Part shown: positions 48,881 to 57,217 of the stretch, piece by piece | Layout of the letters: each line of letters opens with the position of its first letter | Position numbering within the stretch: the first letter of the stretch is position 1 | DNA from: an uncultured Gammaproteobacteria bacterium | GTDB lineage: Bacteria > Patescibacteriota > Microgenomatia > UBA1406 > GWC2-37-13 | Direction: 5' to 3' | DNA length: 64,000 nucleotides | Assembly: GCA_964459595.1 (NCBI GenBank) | Contig: CAYWLV010000001.1 | Location: 84,056-148,055, forward strand | Notes under the pieces: model-generated | What the model was told of the DNA's origin: nothing | Seen by the model: only the letters and a program-made list of their open reading frames with translations | Database searches by the model: none | Translations under genes and position numbers: made by a program

Positions 48881-49420
48881 CTACTGCTTACTTCCTCCTG
48901 GCTTAGTTTCAATTGGCTGTGGATCTGTGGGTTTTTTTCTCTTTTTTCCGGAAAGTGCGGTGCCTCTTCCACTTTTTCCCTCGGGTGCATTTGACATGCT
49001 ATTTCTTTGTCGCATTTCAGCCTCTTTTCTTTGCTGTTCTATAATTTCTTGAGTTTCGAGTTGTTTTTTTTCAGCGGCTTTTTGATCTTTTCTCTGTGCT
49101 GTTTTTGTATCTTCGTTTTTTACCAATTGGAAAAGTCGTTGCTTCATACTTTCAATTTTCATTTTATCTTGATCTGCATATGATTTTTGAAGCTTATCAA
49201 AGTCAAGAGGCGTTCCCTTTCCTCCATTTCCCTGCATTTCCTTGAATTTAGATTTCGCGCTTGAATTTTCTGGAGTTTTGGCATTTTCACTAAAACTATT
49301 TCGAATCATATCCCACGGCGATAGCGTTTCACCAATCTGTTTTATCGACGATTTGCCAATGTCTTTCCCAGTTTCAATAACTTGTTCAAAAGCATCTTGA
49401 ATAATTTTTTTTATGGCCAT
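48881..49420 (-). CDS. Hypothetical highly charged protein (Lys/Glu/Gln-rich, basic tail)
   Basis: MAIKKIIQDAFEQVIETGKD... starts at the ATG at 49420. The coding region is low-complexity and coiled-coil-like. It converges on the 994-aa gene with only 2 nt between the stops. Confidence 0.45.
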   Translation of the reverse strand: MAIKKIIQDAFEQVIETGKDIGKSSIKQIGETLSPWDMIRNSFSENAKTPENSSAKSKFKEMQGNGGKGTPLDFDKLQKSYADQDKMKIESMKQRLFQLVKNEDTKTAQRKDQKAAEKKQLETQEIIEQQRKEAEMRQRNSMSNAPEGKSGRGTALSGKKRKKPTDPQPIETKPGGSKQ

Positions 49421-49449
49421 ACTTAAATATACACTAATCATTAAGTACA

Positions 49450-49562
49450 AAATCCTAAATTACAAATTCCAAATAAACATATATAAAAACCTAAAATCTA
49501 AACAATTTTTGTATTTAGAATTTTGATTATATTTCGATCTTGTCATTTAGGATTTGGGATTT
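49450..49562. repeat. Family-A heptamer hairpin element A12
   Basis: Left arm aaatcctaaattacaaattccaaat...cctaaaatctaaac, right arm tcatttaggatttgggattt. Confidence 0.65.
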
Positions 49563-49566
49563 ATCT

Positions 49567-49884
49567 TTATATTCCCAGAAGTGCTTTTCCTCTTTTTGTC
49601 ATCCGCGTCATGTCCCAAGGTGGGTCAAATGTCATCTCAATATCAACATGCTTTCGATCGATACCCACCTCAAATAGCTTTAAGTAAATATCTTCCTCTA
49701 TAACACCAAATAGTGGGCATCCCATGGTCGTGAGAGTCATCACTATATGCACAGATTTATTTTTTAAAACACTCACCTTATAAATGAGGCCCAAATCTAC
49801 AAGAGAAACGTGCATTTCTGGATCCATCACTAAATCTAGTTGATCCATAACTATTTGTTTAGTAACTCGCACTAGAGAAGTCAT
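49567..49884 (-). CDS. DUF59/MIP18-family Fe-S cluster assembly protein (SufT-like)
   Basis: VMDPEMHVSLVDLGLIYKV...MTLTTMGCPL...DPPW. Confidence 0.8.
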   Translation of the reverse strand: MTSLVRVTKQIVMDQLDLVMDPEMHVSLVDLGLIYKVSVLKNKSVHIVMTLTTMGCPLFGVIEEDIYLKLFEVGIDRKHVDIEMTFDPPWDMTRMTKRGKALLGI

Positions 49885-49908
49885 AGATGTAGTATACCAA
49901 AAGATACA

Positions 49909-50016
49909 TTAAACTCTAAACACTAAACTCTAAACTTTAAAATCTAAACTTTAAACAAATCCTACATTATAAATTCAAATTTTAAACGAAAACGGATAGG
50001 GTTTAGAATTTAGGAT
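49909..50016. repeat. Family-A heptamer hairpin element A13
   Basis: Left arm ttaaact|ctaaaca|ctaaact|ctaaact|ttaaaat|ctaaact|ttaaaca, right arm gatagggtttagaatttaggatg. Confidence 0.7.
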
Positions 50017-50077
50017 GAAATACTTCACTTCTGATGCTGTATACTGATGGTATCTAAAAATTTTAATAGACTATCTT

Positions 50078-51742
50078 ATGTATACTCTCCGATTTGTTCC
50101 CCTCGGTGGTGTCGTCGGTGTTACGAAAAATATGTATGTATATGAGTTGTATAAAGACTCAGTTTTACAAGATATTCTTATCGTAGACTGTGGGATTGGC
50201 TTTCCCCATGAAAAAGAACTGGGAGTGGATTTTGTGATTCCCGATATCACATACCTCAAAGATAAACTTGACAAAATTCGAGCTATACTTCTCACTCATG
50301 GTCATGAAGATCATATCAGCGCGCTTCCCTTCCATTATGAAGACTTAGGACGCCCCCCCATTTTTACTGCAAAGCTCACTGCCGCGTTTGTGGCAAATAA
50401 ATGCAAGGAGTTTAATCTCCCCATTGATATTAAAGTGGTGGAATATGGAAAGCAGTATCGGTTTGGAGAGTTCACCGCAGAGTTTCTTCCGGTCACCCAC
50501 TCAATTCCTGACACAACACACATATTAATTGGATCTCCTGTTGGCACTATGTATCATGGTTCTGACTTTAAACTGGACACAACACCCGTCTATGGAGTGC
50601 CACCAGATTTTTATCGCATCACAAAAGCAGGTCATGATGGGATTATTGCTTTAATGTCAGACTGTTTGGGAGTTATGCGCGATGGACTCACACAAAGTGA
50701 GGCTATTGTTGGGCAAACTTTTGAGGATGAGATGAGAAAAACAAAGGGAAAATTTGTGATGACTACCTTTTCATCTAACATTTCTCGTATTCGACAGTGC
50801 GTAGAATCTGCAATTAAGTTTAATCGAAAAATTATTTTTCTTGGGCGTTCTATGCGAGAAAATACACGTATAGCTAAAGAAATTAATTATCTCCCCATTC
50901 CTGCACAGTTTTTAGGAAAAGAAGAAGAAGTGATGCAATTACCCCCAAATAAGGTATGTTTAATTGTTGCGGGTAGTCAAGGTCAGTATGGTTCTGCACT
51001 TTCAAAGCTTGCAAATAAGCAAAATGAAAATGTAAAGATGAAACCCGGAGACAAGGTATTTATTTCATCTGACCCAATTCCAGGGAACGAAAACGAAGTA
51101 TATGCCCTTGTTGAAGAAATGTCCCTTCAAGGAGTGCATGTTGTGTATTCAGATGTAGCAGACCAACTTCATGCTTCAGGTCATGGCAATCGAGAAGACT
51201 TGAAGTTTCTTATGCGATTTACAAACCCCGCTTACTTTATTCCAATTGGAGGAACCATTCGTCATCAACAGGAGTATCGCTCCCTTGCTGGTACGATGGG
51301 GTTTGACGAAAAAAAAGTAATACTGCTTAACGAAGGAGAGACAATGGTTTTTCAGAAAGGAAAAGCAGAGCGAGGAGTGGATGTTGACACAAAAAGTATA
51401 TACGTGGATGCATATGGAGTTGGAGATGTTGGAAACCTTGTCCTGAGGGACAGAAAAACACTTTCTTCAGACGGAATGGTGATTTGCTTTTTAGCAATTA
51501 CAAAAGCGTCACAGTTGGTGACGCGACCAAAATTTGTGTCCAATGGATTTGTATTCCAACAAAATGAAAAGGAGTTGTTTGAAAAAGCAACCCAAATAGT
51601 GGAAGCTGCTATGAAACCAGCCGGCGCACCAGTGAGCGACTTTAATGGAGTAAAACGAAGTATTATTTCAAAACTTGAAAACTTCTTCTTTAAACAAAGA
51701 GGAAGAAAACCGTTGATTGTTGTTGAGACACTGGAAATTTGA
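50078..51742 (+). CDS. rnj: Ribonuclease J
   Basis: VPLGGVVGVTKNMYVYE...LLTHGHEDHISALP (HxHxDH); beta-CASP length, 554 aa. Confidence 0.92.
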   Translation: MYTLRFVPLGGVVGVTKNMYVYELYKDSVLQDILIVDCGIGFPHEKELGVDFVIPDITYLKDKLDKIRAILLTHGHEDHISALPFHYEDLGRPPIFTAKLTAAFVANKCKEFNLPIDIKVVEYGKQYRFGEFTAEFLPVTHSIPDTTHILIGSPVGTMYHGSDFKLDTTPVYGVPPDFYRITKAGHDGIIALMSDCLGVMRDGLTQSEAIVGQTFEDEMRKTKGKFVMTTFSSNISRIRQCVESAIKFNRKIIFLGRSMRENTRIAKEINYLPIPAQFLGKEEEVMQLPPNKVCLIVAGSQGQYGSALSKLANKQNENVKMKPGDKVFISSDPIPGNENEVYALVEEMSLQGVHVVYSDVADQLHASGHGNREDLKFLMRFTNPAYFIPIGGTIRHQQEYRSLAGTMGFDEKKVILLNEGETMVFQKGKAERGVDVDTKSIYVDAYGVGDVGNLVLRDRKTLSSDGMVICFLAITKASQLVTRPKFVSNGFVFQQNEKELFEKATQIVEAAMKPAGAPVSDFNGVKRSIISKLENFFFKQRGRKPLIVVETLEI

Positions 51743-51873
51743 AAATTAGTTTTAGATTCTGTCACTCGTAATTTCCCCCACCAGTACTCAAAAAGCTTCG
51801 AAGCCTGCTGGCCGAACTTTTTTCCGTGCTGATGGGCACCCTTTACTCGTGCCACCTAAAACTTTTTATCATT

Positions 51874-51925
51874 CAATAATTTAAAATTATTTAATAATTT
51901 AAAATTTAATATTAAAAATTAATTT
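51874..51925. repeat. Family-B AT-only heptamer tract B3
   Basis: caataatttaaaattatttaataatttaaaatttaatattaaaaattaattt lies directly upstream of recR. Confidence 0.5.
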
Positions 51926-51928
51926 CAC

Positions 51929-52561
51929 ATGCTTCCCGATCATCTTAAACAAGTCGCTTTATTTTTTGAACGGTTACCCGGGATTGGGGGGAAAACTGCC
52001 AACAGACTTGCTTTATATCTCCTGAGAATGCCCACATCCGACCTACAGGAGTTTGCCAAACAACTTTCCGAACTCAAGGAAAAAACAAAGCGCTGCAAAA
52101 CATGTATGAACCTTTCAGAAACAGAAATCTGTGGTATTTGTAGTGATGTGCGAAGAAATCATCAGATAATAACAGTTGTAGAGTCACCTCTTGACCTTCT
52201 TTCATTTGAAAAGGGACACATTTATTCAGGAGTATACCACGTTCTTCACGGAAGAATTGATCCGCTCAACAATATTGGTCCCGATGATATTTTTATCGAT
52301 GCGCTCATAAACCGTGTAACCGATTTAATAACTTCTCGTAATACCGAGTCGAAAAATGAAAAAGAACTTGAAGTTGTCCTCGCAACGAATCCAGACATGG
52401 AGGGTGAAGCAACAGCAATGTATATTCAAAAAAAATTAAAAATTATTAATTTAAAATTAAAAATTACTCGGCTAGGTTACGGCATGCCGATGGGGGCAAG
52501 TGTGGAATATGCAGATTATGGAACGCTGGGGAAAGCATTGGAGAACAGAAGAAGTTTTTAA
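51929..52561 (+). CDS. recR: Recombination protein RecR
   Basis: LPGIGGKTANRLALYLL (HhH), Cys4 zinc finger CKTC..C.IC, Toprim NPDMEGEATAMYI. Confidence 0.93.
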   Translation: MLPDHLKQVALFFERLPGIGGKTANRLALYLLRMPTSDLQEFAKQLSELKEKTKRCKTCMNLSETEICGICSDVRRNHQIITVVESPLDLLSFEKGHIYSGVYHVLHGRIDPLNNIGPDDIFIDALINRVTDLITSRNTESKNEKELEVVLATNPDMEGEATAMYIQKKLKIINLKLKITRLGYGMPMGASVEYADYGTLGKALENRRSF

Positions 52562-52569
52562 TAATAAAT

Positions 52570-52690
52570 ACTAAACCCCAAATCTTAAACTCTAAACAAA
52601 TCCCAAATTATAAATCCTAAAAAATAATAATTTAGAGTTTGCTATTTTGCATTAATTTGATTAGGATTTAGTGTTTAAGATTTAGGGTTT
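52570..52690. repeat. Family-A heptamer hairpin element A14
   Basis: Left arm actaaaccccaaatcttaaactctaaacaaatcccaaat, right arm gattaggatttagtgtttaagatttagggttt. Confidence 0.75.
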
Positions 52691-52700
52691 CATTAGACAC

Positions 52701-53621
52701 TTACTTATTAATTGCTTCAACGATTACGTTTGCAACAGAAACCTCAACGAGCTTATCAAATTTTTGGTCATCCTTCAATAAAATAGTATCTGTAGTAAAT
52801 ACTTTCTCAATCACAGAATCTTGCATTTGGGAGGGTGCTTTAGGCCCAAAGTCATGATGTACCACAGCTGTAAGCACTCTGATTGCACCGCGCTGTAAAC
52901 AAAGCTCTGCAGCATGTCGAAGTGTTCCTCCTGAGGTGATCATATCATCCACGAGTATCGCTGTTTTACCATTTACATCTCCATATAAATCAAGTGCCAC
53001 ACTCTTATGAATTGCCGCAAGGTTTCTTCTTTTTTCAACAACGGTGATGGAGTGTTCTGTGTGACCAAATAATTCATCTCCAAATTTGCGAGCTCGCTCA
53101 ACTCCTCCATGATCTGGAGATACAACTGCAACTGTATCAACTGATACGTTGCCAATATATTTTTTAATTTCATTTGCAAGAATGGGAAATGCATTGATAT
53201 TCTTGAATGGAATGGAAAATACTCCCTCAGTGGCCTCATCATGCAAATTGATTACGTAAACCTTATAAAACCCAATTGACTCAAGGAACTTGATGACTAC
53301 ATTTGCAGAAACACATTCTCCTGGTCTATGCTGTACGTCCTGTCGTGCATATCCAAAATAAGGAATAATCGCATATACTTTTTTAGCTTCTTGACGGCGA
53401 AGCGCATCACAAAAGAAAAATAATTCCATGAGATGGGTATCGGATGGATTTGCTGTTGGCTGAATAACATAGCAATTTTCGTTTTTTACTTCTTCTTCGA
53501 TATGAATTCGAATCTCTGAGTTTTCAAAGCGGACTATTTCTGCTTTTGCGAGTGGGACTTTAAGAATATCGGACACTTTTTGTGAGAGAGCGGGGTTTGC
53601 ACTTCCTGAAAATAGTTTCAT
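52701..53621 (-). CDS. prs: Ribose-phosphate pyrophosphokinase
   Basis: MKLFSGSANPALSQKV...GYARQD...ILVDDMITSGGT. The ATG is at 53621. Confidence 0.93.
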   Translation of the reverse strand: MKLFSGSANPALSQKVSDILKVPLAKAEIVRFENSEIRIHIEEEVKNENCYVIQPTANPSDTHLMELFFFCDALRRQEAKKVYAIIPYFGYARQDVQHRPGECVSANVVIKFLESIGFYKVYVINLHDEATEGVFSIPFKNINAFPILANEIKKYIGNVSVDTVAVVSPDHGGVERARKFGDELFGHTEHSITVVEKRRNLAAIHKSVALDLYGDVNGKTAILVDDMITSGGTLRHAAELCLQRGAIRVLTAVVHHDFGPKAPSQMQDSVIEKVFTTDTILLKDDQKFDKLVEVSVANVIVEAINK

Positions 53622-53640
53622 AAAAATATTATACATGGTA

Positions 53641-53682
53641 TATTAAGTTCGTTAGTCGCTAGTTGTAGATTGCTGGTTGGAA
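53641..53682. repeat. G/T-rich heptamer tract, single arm
   Basis: gttagtc|gctagtt|gtagatt|gctggtt|ggaatat. Confidence 0.45.
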
Positions 53683-53684
53683 TA

Positions 53685-54266
53685 TCACTTAAAGTAGGTA
53701 CTTAGCGGGATAAAAGCTTTGTTTTCAACATTAAACCAGAACGATCTCTTGTTCTGCGTAGCTTCATCGATGACATTTACCACAAGGAGCGTGGGATCTG
53801 CCCAGCCAGTGATTTCTTCAAGTGTATATCCATCAACTTTTTTCTGAAACTCATCTGTTATTGAGATGAACGCTTTTTCATCTGCAAATGGGCCACCAGA
53901 ACTTTTAAAAAGTAAGTAGGTTACTGCCCTACTATTTTTTTCACGAATAAACAGATATTTTGTGTCAGGAGACCAAGTATTAAACGGAATCTCAAGATAG
54001 GTATTTGTATCTGCTGTCTTTTTGTACAACACCTGCTTTTCGGAGATTTCTTTGGATGACACAGATAACGTGTCTCCTTCAAGTGTCAGTGTTTTACTTC
54101 CTTCGGGAGAGTCCATGACGGACACAGTGTTTGTGGATGCTAACACAGTTGTTGAGGGAGGTGGAGTGCTCACTCGTGCTCTCGAAGTTGATTTCCCCAC
54201 CATTAAAAAGAGCAATCCAGCAACAGTAAGAGTTACAAATAATGAGATATAAACAAATTTATTCAT
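53685..54266 (-). CDS. Hypothetical membrane-anchored or secreted protein
   Basis: N-terminal TM/signal anchor FVYISLFVTLTVAGLLFLMV. I recognise no other motif. Confidence 0.5.
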   Translation of the reverse strand: MNKFVYISLFVTLTVAGLLFLMVGKSTSRARVSTPPPSTTVLASTNTVSVMDSPEGSKTLTLEGDTLSVSSKEISEKQVLYKKTADTNTYLEIPFNTWSPDTKYLFIREKNSRAVTYLLFKSSGGPFADEKAFISITDEFQKKVDGYTLEEITGWADPTLLVVNVIDEATQNKRSFWFNVENKAFIPLSTYFK

Positions 54267-54975
54267 AGATTGTTATAAGTGTTCCCTTTTCTTGATCCAA
54301 GGGTCCATCTGCCCATTCATATAATGTTGCAACATCTGTTTGTTTCATATTAATACAACCATGACTCATTGCATGACCAAAATTATTGTGCCAATAAGCT
54401 CCATGAATACTATATCCCGCACTCCCTGGAACTTCGCTATTTGAATAAAACATTACGTGAGGAACATTAGGTAGATCATAGTAGTCTGCTCCACTCCCCC
54501 CTGTCATCCGAGTTGATCTAAATTTGCTCCATATGGTGGAGTCTCCCGTAGGTGTTCGTCCCCAGAGCCCGGAAGAAATAGGGGTTTGCATAAATAGTTC
54601 CTCTCCTTCATATGCCGAAAGCGTTTGAGTAGTGAGATTTACATATATATGTTTTTCACCATGTGGAACATGAACTCCAAGAACTGACGAACTTCCTTCA
54701 TTTTCAGAGAACGTAATATTCGGTGCATGAACTGCTTTGCCTGCGAATGTGCCGATGGCGTTTTTTTCAACTTCGAGTTTCGGTGGCTGTTTACAACTTA
54801 TCGTATTTGCACAGGGAACCTTTTTTTTCTGAGAATATGTGGTGAGGGTGAGAGCAACTATAAATAAAACTACCGCAGCCATTGTGGGGCGAAGGAGTGA
54901 AAAATACATGCTAAAACTGTCTTTTTTTGGGGAAGAGTTGGACTGTTTATGTTTTGTTCGTTTTTTTGTCTTCAC
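54259..54975 (-). CDS. L,D-transpeptidase (YkuD domain)
   Basis: IHGAYWHNNFGHAMSHGCINM is the catalytic H...SHGC motif. There is an N-terminal TM anchor. Confidence 0.85.
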   Translation of the reverse strand: MKTKKRTKHKQSNSSPKKDSFSMYFSLLRPTMAAVVLFIVALTLTTYSQKKKVPCANTISCKQPPKLEVEKNAIGTFAGKAVHAPNITFSENEGSSSVLGVHVPHGEKHIYVNLTTQTLSAYEGEELFMQTPISSGLWGRTPTGDSTIWSKFRSTRMTGGSGADYYDLPNVPHVMFYSNSEVPGSAGYSIHGAYWHNNFGHAMSHGCINMKQTDVATLYEWADGPLDQEKGTLITIYE

Positions 54976-54982
54976 TTAATTA

Positions 54983-55606
54983 TCATATCACTTCTTCAAT
55001 ACGAATAGTAAGGTCGTTATTTGTATGGACGAATACAAATGAAATTGACACCTGTTTTGTATTGGTTATATAGAGATTCTGAAGGGTGTTTTCAGAATAT
55101 ATTGACACACCATCCTTTTTTTCTATATTGGGAATCACAGCAAAGTCATGTGAAGTAGGCGCTTCTACATCGAGACCTGCCCTTTGGGCAGCAACATACA
55201 TAAATGAGGCTAAGTGGCACACGCCATCTCCCACGAGCCAACCATCAGACTTGAAGCCTTCTGAAGCATTAAAATGGGCATTGGTGGTGAGAGCTATTTT
55301 TCCTTTGTACTTGTCTAGTACAGCCTCATGGAACGCAAAAGTTTCTCCAGGCTTAAGTACAAAAGACGTTTCCTTTTGGTCCTTAACACTCTTCCAGTCA
55401 ACAGGATTGCCATTCTTAACAGTTCTTCCTAAATAGGCTAGAGTAAGAAGAATATTATCTGAAAATACACCATTTACAAAGCTATTTGAATACCGATTTG
55501 AGAGTGAGTACGTCACCTCAGCAAGCGCCTTAGGCACACTTTGTGGCTGAAATGCGCTCAACATGAGTGAGGTCGCGGTAATGAGTGAAAATAGGGTTGA
55601 ATTCAT
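54983..55606 (-). CDS. VanW-like domain protein (secreted)
   Basis: Signal peptide; GETFAFHEAV...GDGVCHLASFMYVAAQRAGL resembles the VanW GGG(V/I)CQ.S.T.Y.A motif. Confidence 0.5.
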   Translation of the reverse strand: MNSTLFSLITATSLMLSAFQPQSVPKALAEVTYSLSNRYSNSFVNGVFSDNILLTLAYLGRTVKNGNPVDWKSVKDQKETSFVLKPGETFAFHEAVLDKYKGKIALTTNAHFNASEGFKSDGWLVGDGVCHLASFMYVAAQRAGLDVEAPTSHDFAVIPNIEKKDGVSIYSENTLQNLYITNTKQVSISFVFVHTNNDLTIRIEEVI

Positions 55607-55650
55607 AGCCCATAGTATACACTACTATAGGCTTAAAGTCAATCAGGGAT

Positions 55651-55902
55651 TTAGCCTTGTTGGGAAATCTCAATAAGCTTTTTTGCGGCTAATTCTTGTG
55701 TTTTTTTCACTGCTTCGTTCACTGACTCTGCAATTCTATTTTCAATAATACCATCTATTTCCACTTCAAGGATTTGTTGATCGCCACGCATGGTAATTTT
55801 TACCCCATTATTATCAACCACAACAGTTTCCTGTTGCAGTGCTGCTTGCATTTTTTGCGCTTGTTGTTGTAATTTTTGTAAGTCTCCGAGTCCGCCTAAC
55901 AT
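55651..55902 (-). CDS. ybaB: YbaB/EbfC-family nucleoid-associated protein
   Basis: LQKLQQQAQKMQAALQQETVVVDNNGVKITMRGDQQILEVEID. It lies downstream of dnaX, as is typical. Confidence 0.85.
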   Translation of the reverse strand: MLGGLGDLQKLQQQAQKMQAALQQETVVVDNNGVKITMRGDQQILEVEIDGIIENRIAESVNEAVKKTQELAAKKLIEISQQG

Positions 55903-55934
55903 AAGTAAAGAAATAAATTATTAATAAAACGTTA

Positions 55935-56037
55935 AAATCTAGACGCTAAATTCTAAACAAGTCCTAATTTAAAAACTCTAAATTCTTACATAAAAATTTT
56001 ATTTATTTAGGATTTATAGTTTATTGTTTAGGGTTTT
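55935..56037. repeat. Family-A heptamer hairpin element A15 (right arm overlaps the dnaX 3' end)
   Basis: Left arm aaaatctagacgctaaattctaaacaagtcctaat, right arm tttaggatttatagtttattgtttagggttttg. The dnaX C-terminus KTLNNKL* is encoded by the arm. Confidence 0.65.
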
Positions 56038-57084
56038 GTTTTCTCCTGATCTTATTCTATCACAATACTCCAGTAAAGACACATGGAGCGGGATACTGGG
56101 AAATGGACTCATCTTGATGAGTCCATAGGCTTCATTAATGAGCTTCATTAAAATAATTGTTTCTTTGAGTGAGAATGAGAGAGTTGAGACATTTCCCTGC
56201 ACCTTATGAAGAAATAACAGATGGTTTTGAAGATCAATCAGGAGTTCTTCGATGAGAAGTGGGATGTTTCCTCCCCCCAAATCAAATTCTTTCAACCAGG
56301 TAAGAATGAGTGCGCTATTTTTTTTCTGCAAGTTGTCGTAAAGCGCTTGCTTTGAGCGAATACCAAGTGAATGAATGAGAGATGTTTCATCTGTATGACC
56401 GGATAAGACCATCTCCTCAAGAATTTTTGCGCCATCACGAAAAGAGCGATCACAATGTGTTGCGATGATTGATAAGGATTTATCTGAAAGAGTGAGCTTT
56501 TCGTGTTTTGCAATGCGCGAGAGCATATGCACAATCTCGTTTACTTGGGCATGTCCAAACTGAACAAGAACACAGCGACTCTGAATTGTTTTAGGAACTT
56601 TTTCAAGATTGGTGGTTGCGAGGATAAATATCACTGTTTCAGGCGGCTCTTCCAACGTTTTGAGAAGTGCATTAAACCCATCGTTTGTGATCATATGAGC
56701 TTCATCGATGATATAAACTCGGTATTTTCCGGCCATTGGCATGAGAGACGTTTCACGAATAAGTTCTTTTACTTCGTTGATTCCTCGATTTGATGCTGCA
56801 TCCATTTCTGTAACATCCGAAAAGGAAGATTTGTCTATAGCATTACAATGTGCACATGCATTACAAGGTTCCACTGAGCTCCCTTTTCCTCCATATGCAT
56901 TTTGTAGGCAGTTTACTGCCTTTGCAAATATGCGGGCAGCTGACGTTTTTCCTGTTCCTTTATGGCCAACAAATAGAAAAGCGTGGGGAAGTGATTTGCT
57001 TTGGAGAATTGAGAGAAGTGACTGTCGTGGAGTTGTGTTGTCAAGTTCTTCGATAGTATGGGGGCGATACTTTAGGTAATACAT
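56014..57084 (-). CDS. dnaX: DNA polymerase III subunit gamma/tau, short form (domains I-III only)
   Basis: YLKYRPHTIEELDN...FLFVGHKGTGKTSAARIFAKAVNC...Zn module C..C..C...YIIDEAHM; 356 aa. Confidence 0.92.
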   Translation of the reverse strand: MYYLKYRPHTIEELDNTTPRQSLLSILQSKSLPHAFLFVGHKGTGKTSAARIFAKAVNCLQNAYGGKGSSVEPCNACAHCNAIDKSSFSDVTEMDAASNRGINEVKELIRETSLMPMAGKYRVYIIDEAHMITNDGFNALLKTLEEPPETVIFILATTNLEKVPKTIQSRCVLVQFGHAQVNEIVHMLSRIAKHEKLTLSDKSLSIIATHCDRSFRDGAKILEEMVLSGHTDETSLIHSLGIRSKQALYDNLQKKNSALILTWLKEFDLGGGNIPLLIEELLIDLQNHLLFLHKVQGNVSTLSFSLKETIILMKLINEAYGLIKMSPFPSIPLHVSLLEYCDRIRSGENKTLNNKL

Positions 57085-57097
57085 GGAAACATTATAA

Positions 57098-57217
57098 CAA
57101 ACTCTAGACTCTAGACAGTAAGCACTAAATTCTAATTTACAAAACCCAAATAAAATAATACAAAATTCGAAAATCTAATAATCATATTTAGTACTTGTAG
57201 TTTAGGATTTAGAGTTT
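57098..57217. repeat. Family-A heptamer hairpin element A16
   Basis: Left arm caaactctagactctagac..cactaaattctaat, right arm tagtttaggatttagagttta. It abuts the ybeY-like stop. Confidence 0.7.

Noticed and set aside
45791-49450. A genomic island or prophage remnant integrated at tRNA-Pro.
   Set aside because: There is no integrase, no phage-like genes and no visible direct repeat of the tRNA 3' end. GC is similar to the housekeeping genes. It is kept only as an orphan-gene observation.
51352-51855. A 167-aa minus-strand ORF spans the rnj 3' end and the spacer.
   Set aside because: About 390 of its 504 nt are antisense to rnj, it starts with GTG and it has no motif. Only the GC-rich spacer part is retained as a separate low-interest observation.
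52424-52468. An AT-only stretch in recR (attcaaaaaaaattaaaaattattaatttaaaattaaaaattact) could be a family-B insertion.
   Set aside because: The encoded KKLKIINLKLKITRLG aligns with the normal RecR segment (..LLKPLGVKVTRIA..) with at most about 2 extra residues. This may simply be AT-biased codon usage, so an insertion is not demonstrable from this window.
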